Below are positions 8,750 through 16,740 of a stretch of 49,593 nt of DNA, one piece after another. The notes under the pieces are model-generated. The model saw only the letters and a program-made list of their open reading frames with translations, made no database searches and had not been told where the DNA came from. Numbering within the stretch: position 1 is the stretch's first letter; each line of letters opens with the position of its first letter. The stretch lies in contig JBBTXW010000006.1 of NCBI GenBank assembly GCA_038062025.1, positions 1-49,593 on the forward strand, written 5' to 3'. Source of the DNA: Patescibacteria group bacterium (GTDB lineage Bacteria > Patescibacteriota > Microgenomatia > UBA8517 > UBA10165). A program made the position numbers and the translations under genes.

Positions 8750-8814
8750 GGTAGTAGGATAAGAGGATAAGAATGATGAGTCTGAAAGTCAAGACTCATC
8801 ATTTTAATCTTAGT
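8750..8814. repeat. Low-complexity hairpin spacer (ggataag units) between rplE and rpsN
   Basis: taagaatgatgagtct-gaaagtca-agactcatcattttaatctta. Confidence 0.6.
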
Positions 8815-9366
8815 TTACTCTTTTCCTCCTTTCTTAAAGGGCATTCCGAGATCTTCCAAAAGCTTCTCTGAAACTTTTGGATCGCAATTTGTCACAATTG
8901 TTATCTCCAAACCCCGAATTCGACTTATTTTTCCAAGGTCGATTTCTGGGAAAACTGTGTGTTCTGTAATTGCCAGGGTGTAGTTGCCTCTTTGATCAAA
9001 CGAAGAGCGGGGTACCCCCCTAAAATCTCTAATTCTTGGCAGAACTACATTTATTAATTTACTCAAAAACGTGTGCATCCTTTTGCCCCTTAAAGTCGCC
9101 ATCATTCCAACAGGTTGGCCTTCGCGAACATTAAAACCTGCAATCGATTTCTTGCTACGGGTAACCTTTGGCTTTTGGCCAACAATACTTGCAAGTTCTG
9201 ATAAAGCTTTTCCTTGCTCTTCTTTGTTTTCTTTTATTTCTCCAATTCCCATGTTGACAACAACTTTTTTTATTTGGGGTTTGGCCATAGGGCTTGGCTT
9301 CGCCATAGGGCTTGGCTTCGCCATAGGGCTTGGCTTCGCCATAGGGCTAGTTGAATTTTGAGGCAT
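8815..9366 (-). CDS. rplE: 50S ribosomal protein L5 with a repeat-containing N-terminus
   Basis: The L5 core is clear (VVVNMGIGE...PRIRDFRG...GNYTLAITEHTVFPEI). The N-terminus reads MPQNSTSP(MAKPSP)x3MAKPQ. The ATG at 9366 overlaps the rplX stop as TAATG. Alternative in-frame ATGs run down to 9288. Confidence 0.9.
   Translation of the reverse strand: MPQNSTSPMAKPSPMAKPSPMAKPSPMAKPQIKKVVVNMGIGEIKENKEEQGKALSELASIVGQKPKVTRSKKSIAGFNVREGQPVGMMATLRGKRMHTFLSKLINVVLPRIRDFRGVPRSSFDQRGNYTLAITEHTVFPEIDLGKISRIRGLEITIVTNCDPKVSEKLLEDLGMPFKKGGKE
9278..9348 (-). repeat. 18-nt in-frame tandem repeat in the rplE 5' end
   Basis: agggcttggcttcgccat occurs as 3 perfect copies (9289..9342) with degenerate flanking copies. 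Encodes (MAKPSP)n. Confidence 0.9.
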
Positions 9367-9713
9367 TATAACTTTGCTCCTTTTGTATCAATTTGTCTTT
9401 TGCATTTTTTACAAATTCTTACCTTACCTGCGCCAAGCCGGCCGCTACCATTTTTCAGGATTTGCAATCCAATTCTTGTTTGCTTTTTGCAGTGTGGGCA
9501 AACTAGAGCAATATTTGCCAAAGGAAGAGGTCTTGAGAATTCGATCAAGCCCCCAGCCTCACCATTTGGGCCTGCTTTTCTTGCACGCTTGTAAATGTTG
9601 ACGCCTGAAACAACGACTTTATTCTCTTTTTTGGAGAGTTTGTCGATTTTCCCGGTTCTTCCTTTGTCTTTTCCGGCGGTTATTAATACTGTGTCTCCGA
9701 TTTTGAGTCTCAT
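9366..9713 (-). CDS. rplX: 50S ribosomal protein L24 (Cys4 variant)
   Basis: MRLKIGDTVLITAGKDKGRTGKI is the KOW motif. The C-terminal part carries CPHC...CKKC. Confidence 0.9.
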   Translation of the reverse strand: MRLKIGDTVLITAGKDKGRTGKIDKLSKKENKVVVSGVNIYKRARKAGPNGEAGGLIEFSRPLPLANIALVCPHCKKQTRIGLQILKNGSGRLGAGKVRICKKCKRQIDTKGAKL

Positions 9714-9732
9714 GTTTTTTATTTTTCTTTGC

Positions 9733-9759
9733 CAAACTTTCTTTTCTAAAGAAAGTTTG
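9733..9759. repeat. Perfect 12-bp hairpin between rplN and rplX
   Basis: caaactttcttt-tct-aaagaaagtttg. Confidence 0.6.
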
Positions 9760-9764
9760 AATAC

Positions 9765-10130
9765 CTATACTACCTCCATTGCCAGTGAGGCAATTTGCCT
9801 AAAACCTTTATCTCTTACTTCTCTTGCAATTGGGCCGAAGATTCGAGTTCCGCGTGGAGCACCATTGTTGTCGATTATGACACCTGCATTGTCATCAAAC
9901 CGGACGTAACTGCCGTCAACTCTTCTTGTTTCTTTTCGAGTTCGAACAATGACTGCTTTTACAATTTCAGAATCTTTGACAACTCCAGTTGGGTCCGATC
10001 TATCTACAACAGCATTAACAATATCCCCTATATGGGCGATCTTTTTGCTTGATCCGGGGATGCCGATAACTTTTAGGGCTTTGGCTCCCGAGTTGTCCGC
10101 AACATTTAGTACACTTCTTCTTTGTATCAT
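9765..10130 (-). CDS. rplN: 50S ribosomal protein L14
   Basis: [17 protein letters not shown]... is L14-like. Confidence 0.96.
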   Translation of the reverse strand: MIQRRSVLNVADNSGAKALKVIGIPGSSKKIAHIGDIVNAVVDRSDPTGVVKDSEIVKAVIVRTRKETRRVDGSYVRFDDNAGVIIDNNGAPRGTRIFGPIAREVRDKGFRQIASLAMEVV

Positions 10131-10354
10131 TTAGCTCCCTCCATAATTACCCATTTTTTAGTTCTTGAATAGGGTTTGGTTTCAACAAATCCAATAGTTT
10201 GTCCAATTTTTACTTCAACTTCTGTATGGACTGGGTAACGTTTTGTTCTTTTAAATCGTTTCTCGTAAATTGGATGTACTTTAAATCGGGCCACTTCAAT
10301 AATGGCTGTATTTTTGTTTTTTGTGCTGACTACTGTACCTTGATATTTCTTCAT
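10127..10354 (-). CDS. rpsQ: 30S ribosomal protein S17
   Basis: [35 protein letters not shown] is S17-like. 4-nt overlaps with both neighbours. Confidence 0.9.
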   Translation of the reverse strand: MKKYQGTVVSTKNKNTAIIEVARFKVHPIYEKRFKRTKRYPVHTEVEVKIGQTIGFVETKPYSRTKKWVIMEGAK

Positions 10355-10587
10355 ATGCTTTGCTTTCCTTCTAATAGTTGTTTTTCCCGAATGAGTGTTT
10401 TTATTCTTGCTATTTCATTCTTTAAATTTTTAACTGATCGAATGTTTTTTATTTTTCCACGAAACATATCAGCACGAGTTTTGATAACTTCTTGTTCTTT
10501 ATCTATAAGAAGCTTTTCAAGTTCAGCTATGTTTTTTTCTTTTAATGCTTTTTTGTCTTTAGTTTTCATGATATTTTCTAATGTCAT
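10351..10587 (-). CDS. rpmC: 50S ribosomal protein L29
   Basis: Small helical protein in the canonical slot between rplP and rpsQ. Confidence 0.85.
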   Translation of the reverse strand: MTLENIMKTKDKKALKEKNIAELEKLLIDKEQEVIKTRADMFRGKIKNIRSVKNLKNEIARIKTLIREKQLLEGKQSI

Positions 10588-10611
10588 ATCGGATTTTTTT
10601 AAATCCGTTAT

Positions 10612-11016
10612 TTAGTGTCTTTCCACCATAGTTGTTTTAAATGGTAATTTTGCAGATGCTTTTCTGAATGCAACTTTAGCCAATTCTTGGTCGATACCTG
10701 CAATTTCAAAAATTATTCTCCCAGGGGTAATCACAGCAACATATCCTGAGACATCCCCTTTTCCTCCACCCATACGGACTCCCGGGCCGCGGGAAGTAAT
10801 TGGCTTTTGTGGGAAAACCCTAAGCCAAACTTTACCGCCTCTTGAGGTTGTGTTTGCGATTGCACGGCGGGCGGCCTCAAGTTGTTTTGCGGAGAGCCAA
10901 CCGCGGCCTAAACTTTTTAAGCCATATTCCCCGAAGTCGACATTTGATCCACGGGTTGAAACACCCTTTCTTCGGCCTCTGTGACTTTTTCTGTATTTTG
11001 AACTTTTAGGCTGCAT
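10612..11016 (-). CDS. rplP: 50S ribosomal protein L16
   Basis: MQPKSSKYRKSHRGRRKG...ARRAIANTTSRGGKVWLRVFP is L16-like. Confidence 0.95.
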   Translation of the reverse strand: MQPKSSKYRKSHRGRRKGVSTRGSNVDFGEYGLKSLGRGWLSAKQLEAARRAIANTTSRGGKVWLRVFPQKPITSRGPGVRMGGGKGDVSGYVAVITPGRIIFEIAGIDQELAKVAFRKASAKLPFKTTMVERH

Positions 11017-11673
11017 TTAATTTCTTTTCTCCTCCGGTGAATTGATCCAGACTTTAATTCCTACATATCCTCTTTTTAGGAGGGCTTTTTGTTCTGCGTA
11101 GTCAATATTTACCCTTAAAGATTGTGTTGGAACCGAGCCTTCTTGGTATTTTTCTTTTCTTGCAATTTCTGCTCCTTCAATACGTCCTGCAAGTTTTACT
11201 CTTATTCCCTGGGCTCCGGCGGCCATTACTCTTTCTATAGTTCTTGTGATAACTCGTCTGTGCGGCATTCTTCGCTCAAGCTCGCCGGCGATGCGCTGGG
11301 CGACAAGGCGAGCTGAGAGTTCAGGACTTTTTACTTGTTCGACAATGATATCAATTTTTGGTGCAAGTCCATTTTTTGTACTGTGACCTAAGGTCTTCAA
11401 TATGAATGACTTTGTTTCTTCAATTCCTGAGCCGCCACGCCCAATGACGATTCCAGGACGAGATACTGAGATTCTAACCGTCATTGCCTTGGGCAGCCTT
11501 TCGATTTCAACAGAATGGACTCCCGCTAAGCGGAATTTTTCTTCTAAGGCCTGTCTTAATTTGATGTCTTCAAAAAGAAGTTTTCTATAATCCACTCCTT
11601 TGGCAAACCAGCGAGATTTCCAAGTTTTGACGACACCAATTCTAAAATTAATTGGATTAACTTTCTGACCCAT
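11017..11673 (-). CDS. rpsC: 30S ribosomal protein S3
   Basis: MGQKVNPINFRIGV... with a KH domain (GIVIGRGGSGIE). Confidence 0.95.
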   Translation of the reverse strand: MGQKVNPINFRIGVVKTWKSRWFAKGVDYRKLLFEDIKLRQALEEKFRLAGVHSVEIERLPKAMTVRISVSRPGIVIGRGGSGIEETKSFILKTLGHSTKNGLAPKIDIIVEQVKSPELSARLVAQRIAGELERRMPHRRVITRTIERVMAAGAQGIRVKLAGRIEGAEIARKEKYQEGSVPTQSLRVNIDYAEQKALLKRGYVGIKVWINSPEEKRN

Positions 11674-12019
11674 ATGCTCTCCTTTCAGTTGATTCTAGTA
11701 TTACTGTGATGTGACTAGTTTTCTTTTTGATTGGGTGGAAGCGGCCTCGGGAAACTGGTTGTCCCCTTTTGTATGTTGGGCCTTCGTTTATCATTATTTC
11801 TTTTAGATGAAGCGAAGTTGGGTCTAATTTTAGATTGTTAGTTGCATTGGAGATTGCAGTTTTGACGACTTTTCCTAAAACTTTTCCGGCTTTTTGGGGT
11901 ATTACCTCAAGATAGCTCAAAGCGCGAGAGGGCTTGTCTATTTTGCGCACAGAATCCGCCACCAGTCTTAATTTTCTGGGGCTTGTTCTTACGAATTTTT
12001 GTGTTGATTTGATAAGCAT
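11657..12019 (-). CDS. rplV: 50S ribosomal protein L22
   Basis: VRTSPRKLRLVADSVR...KRGQPVSRGRFHPIKKKTSHITV is L22-like. Confidence 0.92.
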   Translation of the reverse strand: MLIKSTQKFVRTSPRKLRLVADSVRKIDKPSRALSYLEVIPQKAGKVLGKVVKTAISNATNNLKLDPTSLHLKEIMINEGPTYKRGQPVSRGRFHPIKKKTSHITVILESTERRAYGSES

Positions 12020-12034
12020 GTCTTTAGTCTTTCT

Positions 12035-12310
12035 CTATGTTTTGTCAAGCGTACGCTTGACCACCTGGCCGTGGCCGCGAAAAGTTCGAGTCGGTGCAAA
12101 TTCTCCCAACCTGTGGCCCACCATGTCTTCAGTAACAAATACTTCCAAAAAGTTCTTGCCGTTGTGAACTAAAAACCTGTGGCCTACAAACTCAGGGGCA
12201 ATTTGTGAACTGCGGCTCCAGGTTTTGATTGGCATTTTTCCAGCCCCGAGCTTTGCAATTTTTTGTAATAGTTTTGGATCCACATAAGGACCTTTTATAC
12301 TCGATCTCAT
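12035..12310 (-). CDS. rpsS: 30S ribosomal protein S19
   Basis: [27 protein letters not shown]...[16 protein letters not shown] is S19-like. Confidence 0.95.
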   Translation of the reverse strand: MRSSIKGPYVDPKLLQKIAKLGAGKMPIKTWSRSSQIAPEFVGHRFLVHNGKNFLEVFVTEDMVGHRLGEFAPTRTFRGHGQVVKRTLDKT

Positions 12311-13053
12311 ATCTTTTGATACCTTCTAACAACTATCAGTCTGTCTGAATATTTATTTCTTTTTCTAGTTCTTACTCCTCTGGCTTTTTTACCCCAAGGG
12401 GTTTTTGGTCCGGGCATTCCGACTCCAGAGCGGCCTTCTCCTCCGCCATGGGGATGGGCTGCTGGGTGCATTGCAACTCCGCGAACTCTTGGTCTTACCC
12501 CCATTCTTCTTTTGCGGCCTGCTAGTCCTAGCTTTTCTTTGGGATCCCCTGAGGATTGGCCAATTGTTGCCCAAGACTCGGGTGAGAACCTTCGAATTTC
12601 GCCGGAAGGTAATTTTACCAGAACAAAATTTTCTTCTCTACCTTGGATAATTGCCGAAGATTGGCCGCTTCTTACCAATTGGGCGCCTTTGCCAGGAGTT
12701 ATCTCAATATTGAATATTTGGGTTCCAACAGGAATTCTTCTTAATGGAAGACTGTTCCCAGGCTTTATTGGAGCTCCCTCTCCGGAGATTAAATGATCTC
12801 CAACAGCTACTCCTTGAGAGGCAAGAAGATAAACTCTAGCTCCATCCGGATATACAACTTGCGCTAATTTTGCGTTTCTGTTTGGATCGTATTCAACCCT
12901 TTCAACTTTTCCCGGAATATTTCTTTTTTCGCGCACAAAATCAACAACCCTCATAAAGCGTTTTTGGCGTCCGCCTTGATGGCGAACTGACACATGGCCT
13001 TGGGAATCACGACCCGATGCTTTTGGTAAAATACGTTTTAGTTTTCTCATCAC
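12307..13053 (-). CDS. rplB: 50S ribosomal protein L2 (short N-terminus)
   Basis: [15 protein letters not shown]...[16 protein letters not shown] is L2-like. Confidence 0.95.
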   Translation of the reverse strand: MMRKLKRILPKASGRDSQGHVSVRHQGGRQKRFMRVVDFVREKRNIPGKVERVEYDPNRNAKLAQVVYPDGARVYLLASQGVAVGDHLISGEGAPIKPGNSLPLRRIPVGTQIFNIEITPGKGAQLVRSGQSSAIIQGREENFVLVKLPSGEIRRFSPESWATIGQSSGDPKEKLGLAGRKRRMGVRPRVRGVAMHPAAHPHGGGEGRSGVGMPGPKTPWGKKARGVRTRKRNKYSDRLIVVRRYQKI

Positions 13054-13376
13054 TTTTTACCTTTCACTTTTGACTTTTTATTTTTTTCTTCCGTTTCAAA
13101 CAGATCTATCTTTTCTTTCTCGGGAAGTTTAACAACCGCTTTTTTAAGATCGCTTCCCCATACAAGGGATTTTTTTGCTCCGCGTTTTTTTGCTTTGCCT
13201 TGTATGTTTGCAATTTGGATATCAACAGGATTAACGTTGAATGCCTCTTTTAACGCTTGGCGAACGCTATATTTTGTTTCCCTCGTGCCCACAGAAAAGG
13301 TGTATTGATTTTGGGTTTTTGCAAGTTTTAATGTTTTTTCTGTAAGGATTGGTTGAAAACGGCTTCGCTTAAGCAT
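13050..13376 (-). CDS. rplW: 50S ribosomal protein L23
   Basis: PILTEKTLKLAKTQNQYTFSV is L23-like. Synteny supports it. Confidence 0.88.
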   Translation of the reverse strand: MLKRSRFQPILTEKTLKLAKTQNQYTFSVGTRETKYSVRQALKEAFNVNPVDIQIANIQGKAKKRGAKKSLVWGSDLKKAVVKLPEKEKIDLFETEEKNKKSKVKGKK

Positions 13377-14073
13377 TCTTTTTGTCTCCGATTCTTTTTG
13401 TTAAGATTTCAAGTCCTTCTTGGGTTAAAAGAAGATTTTTTGCAACTAAGACGTCGTAGGTATTTAGTTGGTCTGCGCGAACTAAAGACAAACCTTCAAT
13501 ATTTTTGCCTGCACGGTAAAGCATGTCTGATCCAGAATGGACAAGAAGAGGTTTTTCTACCTTAGTCTTTTTCAAAAAGCTTGCGACAACGCGGGTTTTT
13601 GGTTCAATTTTTTCAAAACCTTTGACTACGCTTACTTTCTTATCTTGAGCTTTGTCTGAAAGAACGTATATGAACGCTTTTTGAGATTGCTTTTTTGACA
13701 GTTCTAGTTTGTAATTTTTGATATTTTTAGGACCATGGGCTACTCCTCCGCCGACAAATATTGGAGCAGATTTTGCACCGTGTCTGGCTCCTCCTGTCCC
13801 TTTTTGTTTATAGACTTTCTTTTTTGTTAGATTTACATCAGCCCTTCTTTTTGTGTGAGCATTTGCCTGCCTTTGGCGGGAAAGATATACGCGGACTGCT
13901 TGTGCAACTAATCTTGCATTCGGCTTTGCTCCAAATAGTTCTTTTGGGAGGTCAATTTCGCCCATTTGGGTCCCAGCGACCGTAAAGAGAGGCGCAGAAA
14001 GCCCAGAACTTCTTGAAGCACGTTTTACCACGGTTTTTTTGACTGGTGTTATGTTACTTTTCTTCGCCGCCAT
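13369..14073 (-). CDS. rplD: 50S ribosomal protein L4
   Basis: Start set at MAAKKSNI (ATG at 14073). KQKGTGGARHGAKSAPIFVGGGVAHGP is L4-like. Confidence 0.92.
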   Translation of the reverse strand: MAAKKSNITPVKKTVVKRASRSSGLSAPLFTVAGTQMGEIDLPKELFGAKPNARLVAQAVRVYLSRQRQANAHTKRRADVNLTKKKVYKQKGTGGARHGAKSAPIFVGGGVAHGPKNIKNYKLELSKKQSQKAFIYVLSDKAQDKKVSVVKGFEKIEPKTRVVASFLKKTKVEKPLLVHSGSDMLYRAGKNIEGLSLVRADQLNTYDVLVAKNLLLTQEGLEILTKRIGDKKNA

Positions 14074-14752
14074 CTGAATCCTCCACTTCATCCGTCATCA
14101 ACTTATATTGTTTCTTGCTTTTTCCAATCTTTTTTATTGTTAGCAGGGAGCCGGGAGCGCCTGGGACTAAACCTGATAAGAGTATTTCTCCGGTTTTATC
14201 GTCAACTTTTAATACAACAAGATTTTTAATTGTGTTTTGCTCCCCGCCCATTCGGCCGGCCATTCTTTTGCCTTTATAAACTCGTCCGGGGGTTGTTCCC
14301 TGACCGATAGAACCCGGAGCACGATGTCTGTCCGACTGACCGTGGGTTTTGGGGCCTCCTGCAAAGCTGTGTCTTTTTACTCCTCCTGCAAAGCCTTTTC
14401 CTTTTGAAATACCTGTTACATTTACTAAATCTCCAGCTTCCAAGGTTTCGTGGGGGAGAACAGTTGAGCCTGCAGTCATTCCCTCGTCACTTTGAAGCCT
14501 GACTTCTCTCAAAAATTTAGGGGCTTTTTCCTTTAAGCCCCCTTTTTCTAAATGTCCCTTTTGTGGTTTGTTGAGATTTTTAATCTTTCTTTCCCCGAAT
14601 CCGAATTGAGTTGCCCAATATCCGTCGCGGTCTGCATTTTTTGTGGCAACAACAGTATGGGGTCCGGAGCGAACCATAGTAACAGGAAGTCTTACCCCTT
14701 CGGGGGTAAAGACTTGGGACATGTATTGCTTGGTTGCAAGAACTGTATTCAT
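14054..14752 (-). CDS. rplC: 50S ribosomal protein L3
   Basis: VTGISKGKGFAGGVKRHSFAGGPKTHGQSDRHRAPGSIG is L3-like. Confidence 0.94.
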   Translation of the reverse strand: MNTVLATKQYMSQVFTPEGVRLPVTMVRSGPHTVVATKNADRDGYWATQFGFGERKIKNLNKPQKGHLEKGGLKEKAPKFLREVRLQSDEGMTAGSTVLPHETLEAGDLVNVTGISKGKGFAGGVKRHSFAGGPKTHGQSDRHRAPGSIGQGTTPGRVYKGKRMAGRMGGEQNTIKNLVVLKVDDKTGEILLSGLVPGAPGSLLTIKKIGKSKKQYKLMTDEVEDSDGGEEK

Positions 14753-14764
14753 GATGAAAAATAT

Positions 14765-14792
14765 GCAAAAAACAAGGCGCCTACTGGCGCCC
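14765..14792 (-). terminator. Hairpin + U-tract immediately upstream of the rplC start (terminator/attenuator-like)
   Basis: Minus strand: AGGGCGCC-AGUA-GGCGCCUU, then GUUUUUUGCAUAUUUUUCAUC-AUG. Confidence 0.55.
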
Positions 14793-14866
14793 TATTTCCA
14801 AGAGCCCTTCGGCACACAAACATTAAGTTTCAGGAAGAATTTCTCTTTACCTGCACGTTGGAGATG

Positions 14867-14875
14867 AGTATACCA
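14867..14875 (-). promoter_or_regulatory. Candidate extended -10 promoter for the rplC operon (TGGTATACT)
   Basis: The minus strand reads tctGGTATACTcatc. No good -35. Lies about 108 nt upstream of the rplC ATG. Confidence 0.4.
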
Positions 14876-14879
14876 GATT

Positions 14880-15638
14880 TTGAGCTCCACACGCAAGATT
14901 CGTGCAGTAGCGAACTTCTTAACAGGGAGAACCTACTCCGGCATCTCCTGGTTGTATCCAGAAGACACAAAGAAATATTTTTGTGATAAGTTAACAGAAA
15001 TTCTACCTAGATATAAAATGGTGCTTGATGCCTGGGTAATCTGCAATAATCATTACCACTTGCTTTTGGGTGTTTCGGACGGAAAACAAATACCGAAGTT
15101 TACTAAACACCTTCATGGGTCAACGGCACACTACATAAGGCAACACATGCCTTCAATGGTAATCAGTGACCATCAAGTACTTACAAGGGAAATTACTCCT
15201 TGGGACAAAAGGCAAAAGATCAGTTTTCTTAAAAGAACAGGAGAATTTCAGCGCGGATTAAAATCCGCTAATATACAGGGTGTAGTGAAACCTACTGGCG
15301 TAGTAGCGCAATTTATTGCGCCGGATAGTGCAATAGCGAAATTTATTTCGCGCCATCCGGAGATTAATGACCCAGAAGTGCTTGCGCTTCTTTCTGTAAA
15401 AGATCCACCCATTTGGTATCAGTACATGGATCATGTGATAAGAGACGAAGAAGATTACTACAAACACTTAAACTACATCCACCAAAATCCAGTAAAACAC
15501 GCCTATACTGATAAACTGACAGACTACAAATGGAGCAGTATTCATACCTGGATTGAGGATAAAGGTAATGACTTCATATCGGATTGCTTTAGAACATACC
15601 CGATCATAGATTTTGAACCTACAGCAGGCGCAGACTAA
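14880..15638 (+). CDS. HUH Y1-type transposase-like protein (COG1943 / RAYT / IS200-like), possibly degenerate
   Basis: HUH motif in VICNNHYHLLLGV and a Tyr-helix motif LNYIHQNPVKHAY. TTG start is uncertain. An in-frame segment at 15250..15360 consists of REP-like hairpins. Confidence 0.6.
   Translation: MSSTRKIRAVANFLTGRTYSGISWLYPEDTKKYFCDKLTEILPRYKMVLDAWVICNNHYHLLLGVSDGKQIPKFTKHLHGSTAHYIRQHMPSMVISDHQVLTREITPWDKRQKISFLKRTGEFQRGLKSANIQGVVKPTGVVAQFIAPDSAIAKFISRHPEINDPEVLALLSVKDPPIWYQYMDHVIRDEEDYYKHLNYIHQNPVKHAYTDKLTDYKWSSIHTWIEDKGNDFISDCFRTYPIIDFEPTAGAD
15253..15360 (+). repeat. REP-like hairpin module, copy inside the RAYT-like ORF
   Basis: gcggatt-aa-aatccgc+taat (15253..15272), gcgcaatttattgcgc (15306..15321), and gcgaaatttatttcgc (15336..15351). 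The last is nested in ccggat/atccgg (15321..15360). Confidence 0.7.
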
Positions 15639-15684
15639 AGTCTGCTAATGCACTGTTTGCGTGTAATAGCGAAATTCATTTCGC
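15630..15684 (+). repeat. REP-like hairpin module, 3' flank of the RAYT-like ORF
   Basis: gcagact-aa-agtctgc+taat (15630..15649), with the ORF's TAA stop in the loop, followed by gcgaaattcatttcgc (15669..15684). Confidence 0.7.
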
Positions 15685-15691
15685 GTCAAAC

Positions 15692-15743
15692 AAAAAGAGC
15701 CCTCAGCAAATTCATCTCGAAGCGAGACAAAAAGTGAGGGCTC
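15692..15743 (-). terminator. Intrinsic terminator of the G+C-rich orphan
   Basis: Minus strand: GAGCCCUCA...UGAGGGCUC (9-bp outer stem with an inner UCUCG/CGAGA stem), followed by UUUUUGUUUG. Confidence 0.55.
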
Positions 15744-15776
15744 AAGAATTCAAAAAGGGCCGAGTGCTCGAGAGTT

Positions 15777-16589
15777 TTAGGGCTCGACTGGCAACTTCCG
15801 GGAGGCAGCAACGCCAATGTTCGGGCCCGGCCCGTCATCCCAGCCGTCGACAACGACCCTGTACGGATCGCAGCTGCCGACATCGACGCGGAAGCCGTAA
15901 GACGTGGTATCAGAAGTCCGAGCATAGCGCTCGCGGTTCAAGTACGTCCTGGACGTCTTGTAGCAAAAGACGTCTTTTCCAGCCTCTTCAACCGCGGTTG
16001 GTGCCTCGTACTCGACCGGCAGCATTGAAAGCTGTTGGTCCCAGGTTTTGCTCTCAGAGCCAGGCACAATGCTTTTGAGAAGCAGGTACCAGCGAAGCCT
16101 GATGGCGACGTCGGTTGCGAACGGCTGTTTGCGATACCAGGCATCATCCGGAGAGGAGAAGAATTTTGGTTGCTTATTGCTCGGATGGAATATGTTCAGC
16201 TTCATGAGCGATAGCGCCTCGCCTTCGACCTCCGATAGCCCCAAAAACGCGAAGTGCGTGTCCTTGGCCTTCTTGCCCCGAACGAACGGGCAGGGTGAGT
16301 TCAGGACCTCTGCGTTCCATGGGAACTCGGGCACTTCAGGAACAGTGATGCCGTAGTAGGTCTGCCACTCCTCGGCCCCGAAAAAGAACTTGCCCATGAT
16401 ACCCCGCGCTTGGGCCACAGAATCCGGCTGAGCCGAATCTGTGCCGATGATGGCCCCGACCACGAGAGCTAAGCGATCACCGTTTCCGCGGACTTCTCTT
16501 AGGTGCTCTCTAGTTACCCCGCATCTTCCTAAAACTTCGAGGGTTTCATGCCACTCTGAGGCTGGAATCTGAGTTGTAAGGCTCACCAC
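15777..16589 (-). CDS. Hypothetical protein (270 aa), G+C-rich orphan
   Basis: GTG start preceded by AAGGAGAG. Long ORF in a segment where my hand counts give 66/100 and 61/100 G+C (15801-15900, 16201-16300), against 36/100 at 17001-17100. I recognise no motif. Confidence 0.6.
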   Translation of the reverse strand: MVSLTTQIPASEWHETLEVLGRCGVTREHLREVRGNGDRLALVVGAIIGTDSAQPDSVAQARGIMGKFFFGAEEWQTYYGITVPEVPEFPWNAEVLNSPCPFVRGKKAKDTHFAFLGLSEVEGEALSLMKLNIFHPSNKQPKFFSSPDDAWYRKQPFATDVAIRLRWYLLLKSIVPGSESKTWDQQLSMLPVEYEAPTAVEEAGKDVFCYKTSRTYLNRERYARTSDTTSYGFRVDVGSCDPYRVVVDGWDDGPGPNIGVAASRKLPVEP

Positions 16590-16702
16590 TTTAGGCTCTC
16601 CTTAGATTTGGTTTGGGCTCTTTCCGAGTTTGTCGGAACTCTCCCATAGGCTCGAACTCTGTCGAGAACAGGCACACTCTACGTTTTGAATGTACAGTGC
16701 GT

Positions 16703-16732
16703 ATTGTACTATATTATGAGGCTTTTAGTCAA
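16703..16732 (-). promoter_or_regulatory. Candidate promoter of the G+C-rich orphan (TTGACT-18-TACAAT)
   Basis: -35 at 16732..16727 and -10 at 16708..16703. Lies just downstream of the retropepsin-like stop. The ~110-nt leader has hairpins CUCGA/UCGAG and UUCCGA/UCGGAA. Confidence 0.45.
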
Positions 16733-16740
16733 GCTCGCTG

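Larger units (their letters stand above)
14880..15690 (+). mobile_element. REPtron-like unit: the RAYT-like gene plus internal and 3'-flanking REP-like hairpin modules
   Basis: The same ordered hairpin module occurs at 15253..15351 and 15630..15684. A third solo copy lies at 18909..18956. Confidence 0.5.

Noticed and set aside
9278-9348. Whether the short perfect repeats (rplE, ruvX) could be a miniature CRISPR array
   Set aside because: The units are contiguous with no spacers, have an 18-nt period, lie in frame inside genes, and no cas genes occur in the window.
498-14986. Dozens of plus-strand ORFs of 60-170 aa in the track across the ribosomal operon (e.g. 498..743, 5545..6060, 10199..10615, 14552..14986)
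   Set aside because: All lie antisense to, or out of frame with, strongly recognisable conserved genes. Their translations are low-complexity with no family features. They are shadow ORFs.
15686-16356. Four extra ORFs (15686..15925, 15734..16078, 15938..16147, 16048..16356) in the G+C-rich segment
   Set aside because: High G+C suppresses stop codons in all frames. They overlap the 270-aa ORF, which alone has an SD, a promoter and a terminator in the right positions.
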